Shown one piece after another: positions 29,011-42,593 of a stretch of 64,000 nucleotides of DNA. The notes below the pieces were generated by a model. The model worked only from the letters and a program-made list of their open reading frames with translations. It was not told where the DNA came from and did no database searches. The translations under genes were made by a program, and so were the position numbers. The DNA comes from Octopus vulgaris (taxonomy: Eukaryota), in contig OX597829.1 of the NCBI GenBank assembly GCA_951406725.2, forward strand, positions 9,796,001-9,860,000, given 5' to 3'. Each line of letters starts with the position of its first letter. Positions within the stretch are counted from its first letter, which is position 1.

Positions 29011-29214
29011 GAGGGGAAGTCAAAAACTATCCGCACATTCCCCATAATATATCTTTATTATTGTCGCACTGCCTTCTGCGAATACGTACTTATAGTTGGT
29101 ACCATTGTAGTCATGTAATCGAAGTTTGAGCCATTTTTTTTTCTGGCTTTACAATGCCAGCGGGATCGCTTCATTAGCAGTGTGCACCAAAGAAGAACAA
29201 AGAGCAGTGATCCG
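29010..29214 (+). mobile_element. Mariner 5' end and transposase N-terminus fragment
   Basis: CGAGGGGAAGTCAAAAA TIR-like start, followed by ASLAVCTKEEQRAVIR, typical of a mariner transposase N-terminus. Confidence 0.7.
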
Positions 29215-29478
29215 AGAGAACCGGTTGTCCATTACCGTCTCTCGAGCTTGATGAATCTTCTCGTCAGCGGTAGAGGTTGACAGGTGCCCTGCTCTCTCTT
29301 GTCCAGCCACTTTGAAACTTCTTGATCCACTCATACACGCTTCTTCATGGTAGTGCACTGTTCCCGTATTGTGCTTAAAGCCTCCAATAAATTGCAGCAC
29401 CTGACACACTTCTCGACCAGAGAAATCGGATCATTGTCCTTTGTTCTTCTCTGATGCATATTGCTAGTGGAGCAATAA
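29215..29478 (-). pseudogene. Degenerate mariner transposase N-terminal (HTH) fragment
   Basis: Minus strand reads APLAICIREEQRTMIRFLWSRSVSGAAIYWRL*AQYGNSALP*RSVYEWIKKF...ERAGHLSTSTADEKIHQARETVMDNR with stops and a frameshift. Confidence 0.8.
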
Positions 29479-29600
29479 TATTTATATATCATATATTTAT
29501 ATATCACCGTGATCACCATGACCGACCAGGCTATCAGATGTTGCTACACATCGCTACACTTCGCATTGTTTTAGCCTAAAGCAGGCCAACATATATATAT

Positions 29601-30241
29601 TAATAAAAAGGGTTCAGCAAAGAATTGCCTCATCACACACCGAAGTTCAGAAATAGCAGCCAAAAATCTTAGCTATTTCTTCTACTTTAAAAAGGGTCTA
29701 CCAGAGAAACCAAAATACTTGAATGTTAATCACACAGGCAGAGAGTAAAGTAACGAACATCAATCAATATCCGATCATCTATAGACGCGCGTTTCTGAAT
29801 TAGGTTTTTACATAAAGAATATTAAAAAATATACTTTACTAACCATATTCTTCATCAGTATGGATTTTCTGTAATAATCCGAAGGTACTAGAACATTTGA
29901 ACGAATCTTTCTATATAACGGCGTTAAGCCGCTCATGTTCAATGTTAGTACCGCCAAACTCAAAATATGAATGAGAATCGCTTAGCTTCCCCCGCCCTTC
30001 CACGTGTGTCTTCAAGTAATCCTTCAAGTATTTTGGTTTCTCTGGAAGACCCTTTTTAAAGTAGAAGAAATGGCTAAGATTTTTGGAACTTCGGTGTGTG
30101 GTGAGGCAATTCTTTGCTGAACCCTTTTTATTAGTATTACTAAAATTTACCGTGTAACAGTCCTGTTTTCATACCGAATTCTACCTGGTGAAATTTATTG
30201 ATTACTTCTTAATTAATTAATTTTACCCTTTGTTATTATTG

Positions 30242-30243
<2 letters not shown>
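29601..30243. mobile_element. Penelope-like foldback insert: arms 29601-29723 / 30023-30133, minus-strand hammerhead in spacer, tail to ~30243
   Basis: Inverted arms with a 12-bp indel, (TA)n flanks, hammerhead at 29777-29865. Confidence 0.75.
29777..29865 (-). ncRNA. Type-I hammerhead ribozyme fold with long stem II
   Basis: Minus strand: AUCCAUA-CUGAUGA-A-GAAU..GGUU..UAAAG...CUUUA..AACC..AUUC-A-GAAA-CGCGCG-UC|UAUAGAU; palindromic ACGCGCGU stem III, GUC site, stem I 6 of 7 pairs. Confidence 0.75.
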
Positions 30244-30282
<39 letters not shown>

Positions 30283-30313
30283 TCTTTACTCTTACTCTTT
30301 TACTCTTTTACTC

Positions 30314-30368
<55 letters not shown>

Positions 30369-30462
30369 AGAGTTCACGAAAAAAACAAAAGACGAAGACA
30401 GATGGTGTACAAAACAAATAGATGTATTAGTATAACGCTCAGGAATAGAATATATATATATA

Positions 30463-30508
<46 letters not shown>

Positions 30509-30612
30509 TACACATGCACACACATATATATATATATATATATACACAATAAGATAACGTAAATAATATATTAATATATTAAGATATATCAAATACATTA
30601 TAATATAGGTGG

Positions 30613-30978
30613 TACTCTTTTACATGGTTCAGTCAGTTGACTGCGGCCATGCTGGAGCACCGCCTTTAGTCGAGCAAATCGACCCCAGAACTTATTCTTT
30701 GGAAGCCTTGTACTTATTCTATCGGTCTCTTTTACCGAACCGCTAAGTTATGGGGAGGTAAACACACCACTATCGGTTGTCCAGCTTATACACACACATA
30801 CATACATATATGTACATATGTACGACGGGCTTCTTTCAGTTTCCGTCTACCAAATCTACTCACTAGGCTTTTGTCAGCCCGAGGCTATATAAGGAGACGC
30901 TTGCCCAAGGTGCCACGCGATAGGAATGAACCCGGAACCATGTGGTTGGTAAGCAAGCTACTTAGAACACAGCCACTC
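30613..30978 (-). mobile_element. tRNA-derived SINE family 1, near full length
   Basis: Reverse complement of the 3323-3738 family. Confidence 0.8.
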
Positions 30979-31183
30979 ATAGCAATTAAAACCAAAAAGG
31001 TAAAATTAATAAATGAAGGTGCAAAATAGCACCTGCATTTCCTAGAAATGAGAGCTAAAATTTAACTCAGCCACACAAAAACACTAACCTCATGAAATAT
31101 TCGGGCCACATCTTTCTTTGGCGAGATAAACTCCCAGAATGAAGTAGCTTGATAAAACCTTGCGTATGTGTGTGTGTGTGTGT

Positions 31184-31227
<44 letters not shown>

Positions 31228-31365
31228 GTGTGTTGGTACTATATATATATATATATATATACACGCGCGCGCACACACATATATGTCTTTTCTTTGTGTA
31301 TGATGGAATGTATATATGTGATGTGAGTATGTTTAATGTATTGCTCTGTTTTACCTTTTTTTTAG

Positions 31366-31832
31366 GCTCTCATTCATAGCCAGCAGTTTGCCCTACAACT
31401 GGAATGTACAACCAACAGCAACAGCAGCAGCAACAACATCGGGAGATCACCGAAAAATACTTCAAACATGACAATGTCTCCAACTTCACGTTCCCCTTCC
31501 TCATCAGCATCCCCTCCTTCCCAACTATTGTCAATAGTACCCTGTCAACAGTCGCCCATAACTTCTATGACTACAACAACACCAACAGCAACAACACCAA
31601 CACCAGTCTCCCTCGCCACCACATCTCCCTCACCACCACTGTCGTCGCCGCCGTCGTCCTTATCCCCTTCCTCTTCAGCACCATCTCCGTCATCTTCGTC
31701 ACCGCCACCTTCACTAACTTCATCATCGCCGTTATCTGCAATGTCGACGATGGCGACAAGGACGGCGATGACATCGACGACAAGAGCAACATCACCATCA
31801 GCCAGCACAACACCCGAAATGACAATGTTTCA

Positions 31833-31884
<52 letters not shown>

Positions 31885-32817
31885 CATCACCAAATTAACA
31901 GATTCAAAGTTAGTTCAGCCAATACCAAAGACGAATTCCTTAGCAAATATTCTCCCGTTGATAGCAAAATGTTGTTTGGCACCAACACTAACAACACCAA
32001 TAGCAACGGCGAAGATGCTAATGAAAATAGCAGCAACGATGCTAATGATAATGGCACTAACAGTAAAAGTAACGATAGAATTAATAACAGTGATAATGTC
32101 GATCCTCCGTCGATCGTTAGCAACCGAATGCTATTTCCCGATAGTGTAAATAGCAACAGCGATAGTGACGGAGGTGGTGGGGATGGTGAAGGAGAAGGAG
32201 GAGGAGGAGAAAATGGAGATGGAGGAGGCAACAGCAACAGTATTAGTGCAGGTTCACCACCAAACACCGTTAGCAACACCGAGAGTAAAGTGATGATCGG
32301 TAGCAACTGCAGTAACAGCAGTAGTAATAGCAATTGCAGTAATAGTAACTCTGGTAGAAATAGCAATGGCGACGGTAGCAATGCCAGTGCTGCCGTTTCC
32401 ACCGCCAACAGCAGCAGTAGCAACAAGAAGAACAATAGCAACAACGGCAGCAGCAGCAGCAGCAGCAATAGCAACAAGAATACTGCCATTAACACTATAA
32501 GTGCGGCGAACGCTGCATTGAACCTTGGCAACAGGTTCCCTTGCGAAAACTGCGATAAGGTTTTCACTGACCCCAGTAACCTGCAGCGTCACATCCGTTC
32601 GCAGCATGTAGGTGCCAGGTCTCACGCGTGTCCCGAGTGCGGAAAGACGTTCGCAACATCGAGCGGTTTGAAGCAACACCAGCACATTCACAGCAGCGTG
32701 AAACCATTCCGTTGCGAAGTCTGCCTAAAGGCGTATACACAGTTTTCTAATTTATGCAGACACAAGCGGATGCATGCTGATTGCAGACAACAGATCAAAT
32801 GCAAAGACTGCCAACAG
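31366..32817 (+). CDS. PRDM16/MECOM: PRDM3/16-like coding exon: long S/N/T/G low-complexity insert plus N-terminal zinc-finger cluster
   Basis: tttttttttag| acceptor in frame with ORF 31468. Encodes [94 protein letters not shown], near-identical to EVI1/PRDM16. Donor CAG|gtaatt; 1452 nt, phase 0-0. Confidence 0.93.
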
Positions 32818-33127
32818 GTAATTCTAATTGCTACACCGTTTTTAATTGCTATTTATTTACGGGGCTTTTCTCTTTTTTTTTTATTCCAGAAAGAAGCTGT
32901 GCATTTCACAATAACTCACTCGAGACTTCAATATTGGCAATACGGTTTCGAAGCCAACATATATGCATATACAAACATACAAAAGTATTCGTGGAATTCA
33001 CAGATTCTTCAGATTTAGCGCATGCATGCACATGCGTGCACCACATGCACACACATACATACACTCACACGCACACACAAGTTGACACAGATCTGTATAT
33101 ATACAGTTATATATATGTATGTATATG

Positions 33128-33158
<31 letters not shown>

Positions 33159-34186
33159 ATACATACATACATATGCAGTCATTCGTGCATGCATATAATT
33201 ATAAATATGTATGTAGGTAAGTGTACTTATAATAAGGAAAGTGGGCACGTGTATTTCGTTGCAGCAGATCAGTATAGGATTATTGAAATTATCGAAAAAC
33301 ATGCACTTTCCGAACAAAGTCCCTTGCGATACTTGCTCTGGACAACAAATACTGGGAAGTGTATGTGTGTGCGTGTGACAATTTCACCTGAATTTGGTTT
33401 CACAAATGACCAAAATTATTCTTAATTAAGATTCAATTCAGCTTATTATGAACTTGAATTGCTTGATAATTACTTGTTTCAATCTTCCAATTAGTATCTC
33501 ATTATTGACGCTGAAGCAGTGTTGTGTAATTTTAAAGAAATATAAAATGGCAAACAAGAATTAATTATAGAAAGCTAAATTCCTACGAGGTACAATTCTT
33601 ATTTGGGAGGCGATGAAAAGAATTACAACTCACTGGACACAATTCAAGCAGCATGCACAATATGTGTGTGTAACCATATATACGTGTGTGTGTGTGTATG
33701 TATATATATATATATAACTCTCCATGTGCATTGTGGAAAATTCCCCTCATTGATCTTTTCTTTATCTGCATGCCTTGTTGCAGTTGGATGCTCTACAATT
33801 GGCACCGGGTTCCAAAAGCTATTATCAGAAACAATTTGATTGGCAGCTTCTGTCTTTTGTCTTCTTTAGTTTTTCTCTATTTGTCATTATCTTTTCTTCA
33901 TTCTTTCTAGTTTTGTTTTGCATTGTTTTTGTCTAAGGGCTTTTGTTTTGTTACTTAATTTTTAGCACATCATACACCTACTTAATTTTAAACTTCCTTC
34001 CAAGGAGTTAATACCTTCATCTAAGCCATTGGATACTTCACTGCGCATACTCTTCTCTGACTATCCCGTTTTGTTATTTATTTTTTTCTTTTATTTTTTT
34101 TTGTATATTCTATTCTGCTCATCAAATCAGACATGTTTTTTTCTTACAATTTTTACCAAAGTTTATAGCTTCATTAGCACTGTTGA

Positions 34187-34302
<116 letters not shown>

Positions 34303-34305
34303 ATC

Positions 34306-34391
<86 letters not shown>

Positions 34392-35051
34392 TATATGTGT
34401 GTGTATGTATGTATGTATGTATGTATGTATGTATGTGTGTGTATGTATGTATAAACATACGCATACACGTACTGTTTAACTTAGAATCTTTGTATTCCAC
34501 TTCTGGAGTGTTATTCATATTTTTGACATTACACTAAATATAAGGAATTTTCTCTTTTAATTCCCTTCATGAATCCTTTAATGACCATCCTGTATCCTTC
34601 CAGATTTGTTGGATGTGTAATTCGAGGTTACATCTACCATTGCATACACACCGCAACCATTTGTAGCAATTCTACGTAAGATAACAGTAGGTTGTTAATA
34701 GAAACAGCTGTTAATGTTCTCGGCTGAAAGAGAGACTCAGACATTAGGGCTGTATTCGATCTCTCCTTCTCTCTGTTGACTTTCTTTCTGATATTCTATT
34801 TCGAAATCTCTCGTAAAAGTTAACTTAAGACCAATGTTCAAATTGAATTAGATCTACCCCAAAGACCGACTTAGGAATAAGTTATAATATATTTGCTTCA
34901 AGTTTATTAGATCTTTCGTTTTCCAAAACCTAACTCAAGAGAAATGTCTAGCAGATGTTTATGTGAAGGTTACTGTTGAGCTGAAGCAACCTAGCAGCAT
35001 CTACGCGAAAATAATATGACTTAACTTTTCCATTTCTTTTATTTCTTCCAG

Positions 35052-38000
35052 GTTTTTTCAACTGTAACGTCTCTCGGAAAACACAAGAGATTCTGCGATG
35101 GGGCCTTTCGCTCAAGTAGTGCTGCTGCAGTAGCTGCAGCTGCAGTCGCAGCTGATCACCATCTGCGCATGCGTCTCTGCTACACTCCCGACAAGCTTGT
35201 CCCGGCTGGACTAGGAGCCTTACAGCAAAATACTCCGCTGACAACTGCTGCAGCCGCAGCGGCTGTTTCAGCTTATATGTACGGACAACCTCGACTTTCT
35301 TACTTTCGTCCTTTAATTACTCAACCTCAGTTTGGATCTATTCTTCCTCAGCCATTAGCCGCTGCAATGGCGACATCTAGTTTGGCTGGAACCTCAACAA
35401 CAAATCATAGTGGCATCAATTCCTGTTCTCTTCCTTTGTCTAGTTCTGCTTTGGACACTGACTGCTTTCGATCTCCGGCGGGAGCCATCCCCCCAACCCC
35501 TGCACCAGCACATGCTCATCAACATATACCTCTTCCACCAATGCATCCCGCTACATCCATTGTTTCGCATGCACCTCTGTCGTTATCCTTACCAAAACCA
35601 CAACAGACTCAACATCAACGACTGCAGAGCGAATCAGAAATAAGTGGTCTCAACTTGCATTCTCCCGATTTTATGACTGGTTATAATTTGACAACATCTG
35701 CGGCTAATCTCAGCAATATGAACAGCAGCAGCAACAACAATAATATTAATGATAACAAAGCTAACTCAGATATCAGTCATATTGACAGACACTCAAGTGG
35801 CATGTTGATAAAGGATCAGCTAGATTACGAAAGTCGAAGTCAGAAGAAGCGGAAATGGAGAAAACGGAATAGAAAAATAAGACATAAACGACCTGACGAA
35901 TGGCTGAATTCTGGGCATAATAATTTGATAGAAAAATCAGATATTGACCTTTGGCAGGAAGAACAAGGGTTGAACCTAGATGATGACGATGACAATGTGG
36001 ATAGTTGTTATAAAAGAGACATCTACAAATGGCGTCGAATTGATGTCGAGACCCAGAATAAAATGTGGCCTGAAAATCAAGAGTTTGATGAGAAAAAGCA
36101 TATTGACTGGAAATTGGAGAGATATGATGAGGTAGATCAGGAAAGAGACGAAAGAAAGAGCGGAAGAGAGAAACTGGAAAATGACGATGAATTGGAACCA
36201 ATGGAGAATGAAGACACAGAAAACATTGGCCACGATGTATTGGATAGCAAACGATGGTCTTTTGATAATGCTTTTAATGCTACAGACGATAAAGAGAACG
36301 AACAAAGCGAAACGTCATATGACAGAGATGCCGTGCTAATGCTTCAGCATCAGAAAAAGTATATGGCGGGAGATAATAACAATAACACCATAGACGATAA
36401 CAACAGTAATAGACTGAAAAACAAAGACAGTAACGGTAAGAACACTAATGAGGAAGATTTAAGAACGCTCAGTTCAGAAAATTCGCGTTTAAAATCTGGA
36501 ACTGTCATTGACAATGAACTTGGTCAAGTTAAAGATAAACATGATGTACATCTAACACGGATGTCTGGCGAAAATCCGCTCAGTGGGGGTAATAATAACA
36601 ACAATAGAAGCAACATGATCAACAACAATAGCAACACTAACGACAACAGAAGCAGTACTTTAAATTCTACCGGATGTAAAAGTCCTGCCGCTGTGTCATC
36701 TTTTTCTTGCTCGTCGCCGTCGTCTGCTTCATCCAATTATTCAGAAACAACTTCTGGTGGTGACGACAATGATGATGAAGCAAATATAGATAGCAACGTT
36801 CTTCGTAAGAGGACAGACGACAACAATGACAATTCAGAGACAAGAAAGAAGAAGAAGAAAGAAAGGAAAGCCAGAAAGAGGCAGAGAATGGGAATAGAGA
36901 AACAGGAGGAAAGAACAGAAGTTGTAGTTGTTGGAGAAAATGAAGGCGAAATTGAAGATGGAGATAACAGTGAAGAAGATACTGGCGCAGAAGAATTTAA
37001 AAAGGAAGAAAGAAATTGCCCAAAAAATTCTAACTCTGATTCTACAATGTTACTAGAAAAAGATGACAGCAGACGACAACTGAGAAATGACTACGTAGAT
37101 GCTAAAGATCTCAGTATGACCGGACCTACATCGAGACGAAAGCGAGGTCGCCATAGTAGCTACGGTAACAATAATTTTAATAACAGCAACATAAATAATC
37201 TTCCTTATTACCAATATCGAAACCAACCCCAGTTTGGGAATGCTTTCACAGCAACTGCATTAGCAGAGGCAGCCATGTTCTTAGACGGTGCCCTGAACCT
37301 CCGCACGAGAAACTCTGAAGAACTACAAAGCCATCAACTGTCTAAGAAGAAAAGAAATCCAGATAATGATAATAATAATGATGATGCTAGAAACGAAAAT
37401 GACAACAACTTATTAGAAGCTGTTTTCAATCCATCTTCACTACCAAGTCTTGTATCGATGGCTAAGCGTGGATTAATAGCTTCTAGTGTCGGAAGTGGAA
37501 GTCATAAGAGCCGGAAACGACATCTGCAACCAGGAGTGAACAACAATAACAGTGATAATGAAATTTCTAATCTACAACAGCAGAAACATCAGCGATACTT
37601 ACAAGAGCATCAGCAGCAAATTTATGGCTTTTTAAAACAGGAAACAGAAAACCCTGACTCATTTCCATTCCAGAATTCTCCTACTAAACACCAACAATTT
37701 GATCATCAACAAGAATCAGAACATCAAATAGCCCCATTTGATTTGTCTAAATCTAGCATAGAACAGCGACAACAACAACAACAAAGATTGCAGTCACAGC
37801 AACGCCGTGTAAGATTCAAATCCAGATTGAAAACAAATTTCCAGTCAGGGTTAACCGCGAGCGAACGGGTGGCAGCAGCCATGTCTGCTTACATTGCTGA
37901 AGACGGAAAGCATGATGATGAAGAAGAAGAAGAATTTGAAGAAGACATGTTCGACGAAGATAGTTTTGAGTATGGAAACTTACATGATGTTGACGAAATT

Positions 38001-41000
38001 AAGAGTCGCAACATGGAAGAAAATCGACAGTTTGGACTGCTTCTTAATGACAAACATTTCATCAACAGAGACTACAATTATTGTTATCGAGACTTTTATA
38101 ACAATCACTATTACAATGACAGCATAAGGGAGGAAGATGATGAAGAAGAAGAAGATAAGGTTGAAGAAAGAAAAAATAACGAACGACGTGGGAAGCTGAA
38201 GGATAATTCTATCGGCAATAATTTCCATGAAACCCATAATAATCTGGATGTGAAAGATGAAATAAAAAGCATATTAGATGCCCCGCTTGATTTATCTACA
38301 AATTCTAAGCATACAGTGGATAATATCTTAAACAAAAACACCGACGAGGCATTCATTGCTAATTGTTACCCATCTCGAAAAACTCACGTATATGGATCAG
38401 GTCTTTTGGCCTCATCTAAACTGACGAAAAGCGGGGAGAAGGGAGGCGGTAATGAAGGCTCAGAATTAGATTCCAAAACCATGACTGCTGCACTTAAACT
38501 ATCAGAGTCTGGATCTGAGCTGCACTATGCCTACCCCTTTGCAGGATCTTATATGTTAGATCCCTATTACTCTACGATGGACAAAGAAAAATACACATCT
38601 TCAATGATGGCAACCTTAAATAGATATCATGCCCATTCATCATATCCTACACTACCCCACCACTTACAACATCCCAGCTTTCCTAATCATCTTACATCAT
38701 CTTCCACAACTCATCCCTACCAACATCCCCTCGTTTCATACAGTGGATTTCTAGATTCTTCTATGGACAATAGCCTTTCTTACACAGATAACAACAGTGA
38801 TATGATCCGAGGAGGTGGTAAAAGTGGATCAAATGCCCAGAGTGGCAACAATGGAGGCAACATCATCAATAATAATGACAATAACAACACTCCCACTTCA
38901 AATGCAAACAACAGTAGTTCGCAAACACTAGGAGGAGGCATTCCGTGTTCAGCGTCAGGATTGGGCAATTTCGGCTATAATACAAACAGTCCTCAGACAA
39001 CTGCTTCAACTTTAGCTGCAGTTGCAGCAGCAGCTGCTGGAAATGGTCAGGGTCCTGGTTCGTGTACAGGAATGGGTATGGGTAATTTCAGGTACCCACC
39101 TCCTCCTGGAGGGCATGGCCTTTTATCTGCTGCTGCCGCCGCCGCGGTTGCAGCAGCGGTAGCAGCAGCAGCCGCAGCTAATCGGCCTGGTGGTGGTCCT
39201 GGCACTGGGGTCGGAAGTGGAACACATCACCTCATGGCTGCTGCAGCAGCAGCATCAGGTGCAGGAGCTGCTCTGACTGGCGTCGGTGCCGGAAGTGGTT
39301 CTGCCAGTAGTGGCAGCATGACATTCCATAGCAGCAAGTTTAAGGAAAGGTATTCTTGTAAATACTGTGGCAAAATATTCCCCAGGTCGGCAAACTTAAC
39401 CAGACACTTACGTACACACACCGGAGAACAGCCATACAAATGTAAATTTTGTGAACGCTCTTTTAGCATTTCCTCTAATTTACAACGCCATGTTCGAAAT
39501 ATTCATAATAGGGAACGTCCTTTCCGGTGCACATTGTGCGGCAAAAGTTTTGGTCAACAAACAAATTTAGACCGACACGTTAAAAAACATGAAATACAAG
39601 GACCAAATGTGACAGACTCACCTATTCATGGTAATAATAATGGCGATATTAGTTTCAGTGAAGAGGTGAATTTATCTAAGAGTTCAAATAATGATGACAT
39701 ATTAACGAACCGATTAAGTTTTGATGAAGACTTTAGTATTAAGAAAGATACTAACGAAAATGACCTCAGAATTAGACGAGATTCGAACAATGATAACCGG
39801 TTGTCCAGGAAGAGCATTATTAGTGATAATTTTATCAACAGAAAAAATACAAGTCATGGCAGCTTTAAGGAAGAGTTGTTGAGCAAAACAGGAATAGACA
39901 TTGGGAAAAACTACAGTAACAACAACTATGTTATTTCAAGACTAACCAGCAGCAAGAACAGTGATATTAAAACCAAACCACCAGGTGACAATACATTTAA
40001 TGATCAAAAAGGTGATATTTTTATTGCAGGAAACTATGGCACAAACAAAAGCGATATAAACTATTTAGATAGAAATATGGCTAGATATCTTGATAGTAAC
40101 CATTGTATCGATCTTGTTGTTAACAAAAATTCTTCAAGTAGCAAGGAGTTCTCCAGACGAAATATCGATGAAAATGATATTATAATACGAGACGATCCTT
40201 ACACCATTAACAACGTTGCCAAAGCTGATTCTAAATTTTCTCCCAGGACATCGAATCAACCAGTTTCTGGTTTTGGTGAAAAGCCACTTGACGAAAGATT
40301 CCACGGACAAAATAGAAGAAATTATATCGGTGACGTTGATAATCGTGATGAAGGTGAGAATAAGGAAGAAGGTGACATTGCCCAAAACGATGAAAAAGAC
40401 ATTAAATATAGCAAAGACAAGGATTGGGCGGATGATTATACCAACGAAACTGCTGAGAAAAGTTATGAGTATGAAGGTAAAGTGAAATCTTCGTTCTATA
40501 CTGAAAATAACAAAAGTATTGCAAAACTTTGGAAAAACACAATCGATGAAGAAGAAAACTGTGATTTTGATAGAAACGCTATTAAGGAAGAAGATGACCT
40601 TAATGAAAATATATTGACAAAAAATATTAACAAACATGGCACAAACATTCCCAGTTTGTCTGCTATGGGTGACAGTAATTCAAAGACTTCTAATAAAACG
40701 AAAAAAATTAACCATGAAGTTACCGAAAACTTGTATGATTCCCCCGAAAAATCAAACGACAGGTTCCGAAATATCGAACCCGAAGGAGAAAATGATCTTT
40801 TTGAAAAAGGAAGCATAAAAGTGATTGAAGGAGTCGATATTAAATCTGAGACAAACAACAGCAGTGAAGGTTCTGCTAAAGTTGCTAACGATGCTGAAAT
40901 GAGTCATGAAAATACAATCAGAAACTTTACATTCAGTGCTAGTGAGAAAAACCAAGACGAAAACGTCAATAAAAATGATGATGATAGTATAGTATCTGCA

Positions 41001-42200
41001 GAAAAATGGTCTAACGGTAGTCATGGAAGTAGTGGAGTCGGTGGTTCTTTTCCAAACACCACCTTGAAACGTGACTTCAAATCTACTTCTGTGACTGCCT
41101 CAATTTCTCCTACCCCGCTTTCTACAGCGAATAATAATAATAATAATAATTGCAATTTTACTGCAGATCACGTTGCTGTTACCACAACTGCAGCACATAC
41201 TACTACTATTGGTAACGCTACTACTACGACCACTACTACTAGAATTAGCAGTAGCAATGGTGGAAGAAGCAAAAATAATCTTTTTATTGCTGACAACTTC
41301 AAGAGCGATTTTAGTGGCAATCAAGGCAGAGACAATGTTAAAGTTCCTAACAAAACAGAAAGAATGAAAAGAAGAAATGTTAGTGATGATTATGAAGAAG
41401 AAAACGATGATGGTGAAGAGGATGAGGAAGAAGAAGAGGATGAGGAAGTCAATGAAGATGATGAAGACGATGGAGATGATGACAATGAAGATGAAAATGA
41501 CAAAGATGATAGAAATGATGACAATGATGATGATAATGATGACGATAATGTTGGTGGTGATAATGATGACGGCAGAGAAGAAAACGAAGACGACGATGAC
41601 GATGATGATGATAGAGAAGGAAGGGACGTCGGTGAAAATGCAAATGAAGAGGACGATATGGAGGAGGAGGAGGATGAAGGAGAAGAAGACGTTGATGACG
41701 ATTTGGGCGATGAAAACAACGCCTCTAACGAAGGCGATAACCAGAATAGTCTTAGCTTCTCTCATCACACTCAGAGTAGAAACGTCACATTCAGTGACGA
41801 AACAAGCAACAACTATAAAAGGACGAGCGGCAGCAGTAGCAGCAGAGGCATCAATATCAACTGCACCAACAGCTTCAACAGCTGTAATGACCAATACAAC
41901 AACAACAACAACAAGAATGTTCCCTTGTTGGCACCAAACGAACGTGACAAGTACCAATTCTACGACTGTGGTCGTACCGAGAAAAATAACGACAACGGCT
42001 GTTACAGATATTTGAACTGTATTAACAGCTGCAACGATAACAACAACAGCAGTAACGACTACAACATTAATAATTTTATCGCTAATATTATCAGCAATGC
42101 CCGGTTGAGTTCCGAATTTCACATTTTTTTAAACATTTCAACGAAACCCAGCATTGCTGAAAGAGATTCAGACCCTACGGGAAACAACGATAATATTATT

Positions 42201-42268
<68 letters not shown>

Positions 42269-42593
42269 AACCAAAAATAAATATAACGTTGTTAATGACA
42301 TTAAACGTAATACATTGTATGAAAACTCCCGACGTATTACTGATCACGCGAACTCTTTACCCAACATTGCAACGGCAAATTTTATCTCTAAATTATCTGT
42401 TTTTGCTCCTGAAGCAACCACTGACGAACTCGACGATGTTTCCAAATCGAAATTGAATTACTTACATGGTAAGTGTCAACCGTTTGACACTGCAATCTCT
42501 ATGTGTGGAATTCCATCTCCTTATGACAGGTGTCTAGTAAAAGCCAACAATCGGCATGTAGAATGTAGCTGCTATACGACACCAGCTGCTTAA
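35052..42593 (+). CDS. PRDM16/MECOM: PRDM3/16-like large terminal coding exon: end of ZF7, CtBP motifs, C-terminal three-finger cluster, acidic tail
   Basis: tttcttccag| acceptor, then [17 protein letters not shown] completing the split finger, in frame with ORF 35169-42593. PFDLS at 37734-37748 and PLDLS at 38283-38297. [82 protein letters not shown] at ~39349-39592. The 3' end could instead use a G|gtaagt donor at 42468. Confidence 0.9.

Noticed and set aside
31404-32691. Alternative-frame and antisense ORFs overlapping the low-complexity exon (31404+, 31887-, 32254-)
   Set aside because: Shadows of trinucleotide-rich coding sequence. Only one frame carries the zinc fingers and fits the splice phases.
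32818-33018. C-terminal extension of ORF 31468-33018
   Set aside because: Intron read-through past the CAG|gtaatt donor; the finger is completed at 35052.
41100-42122. 340-aa antisense and 212-aa alternative-frame ORFs
   Set aside because: Shadows of the GAT/GAA acidic tract.
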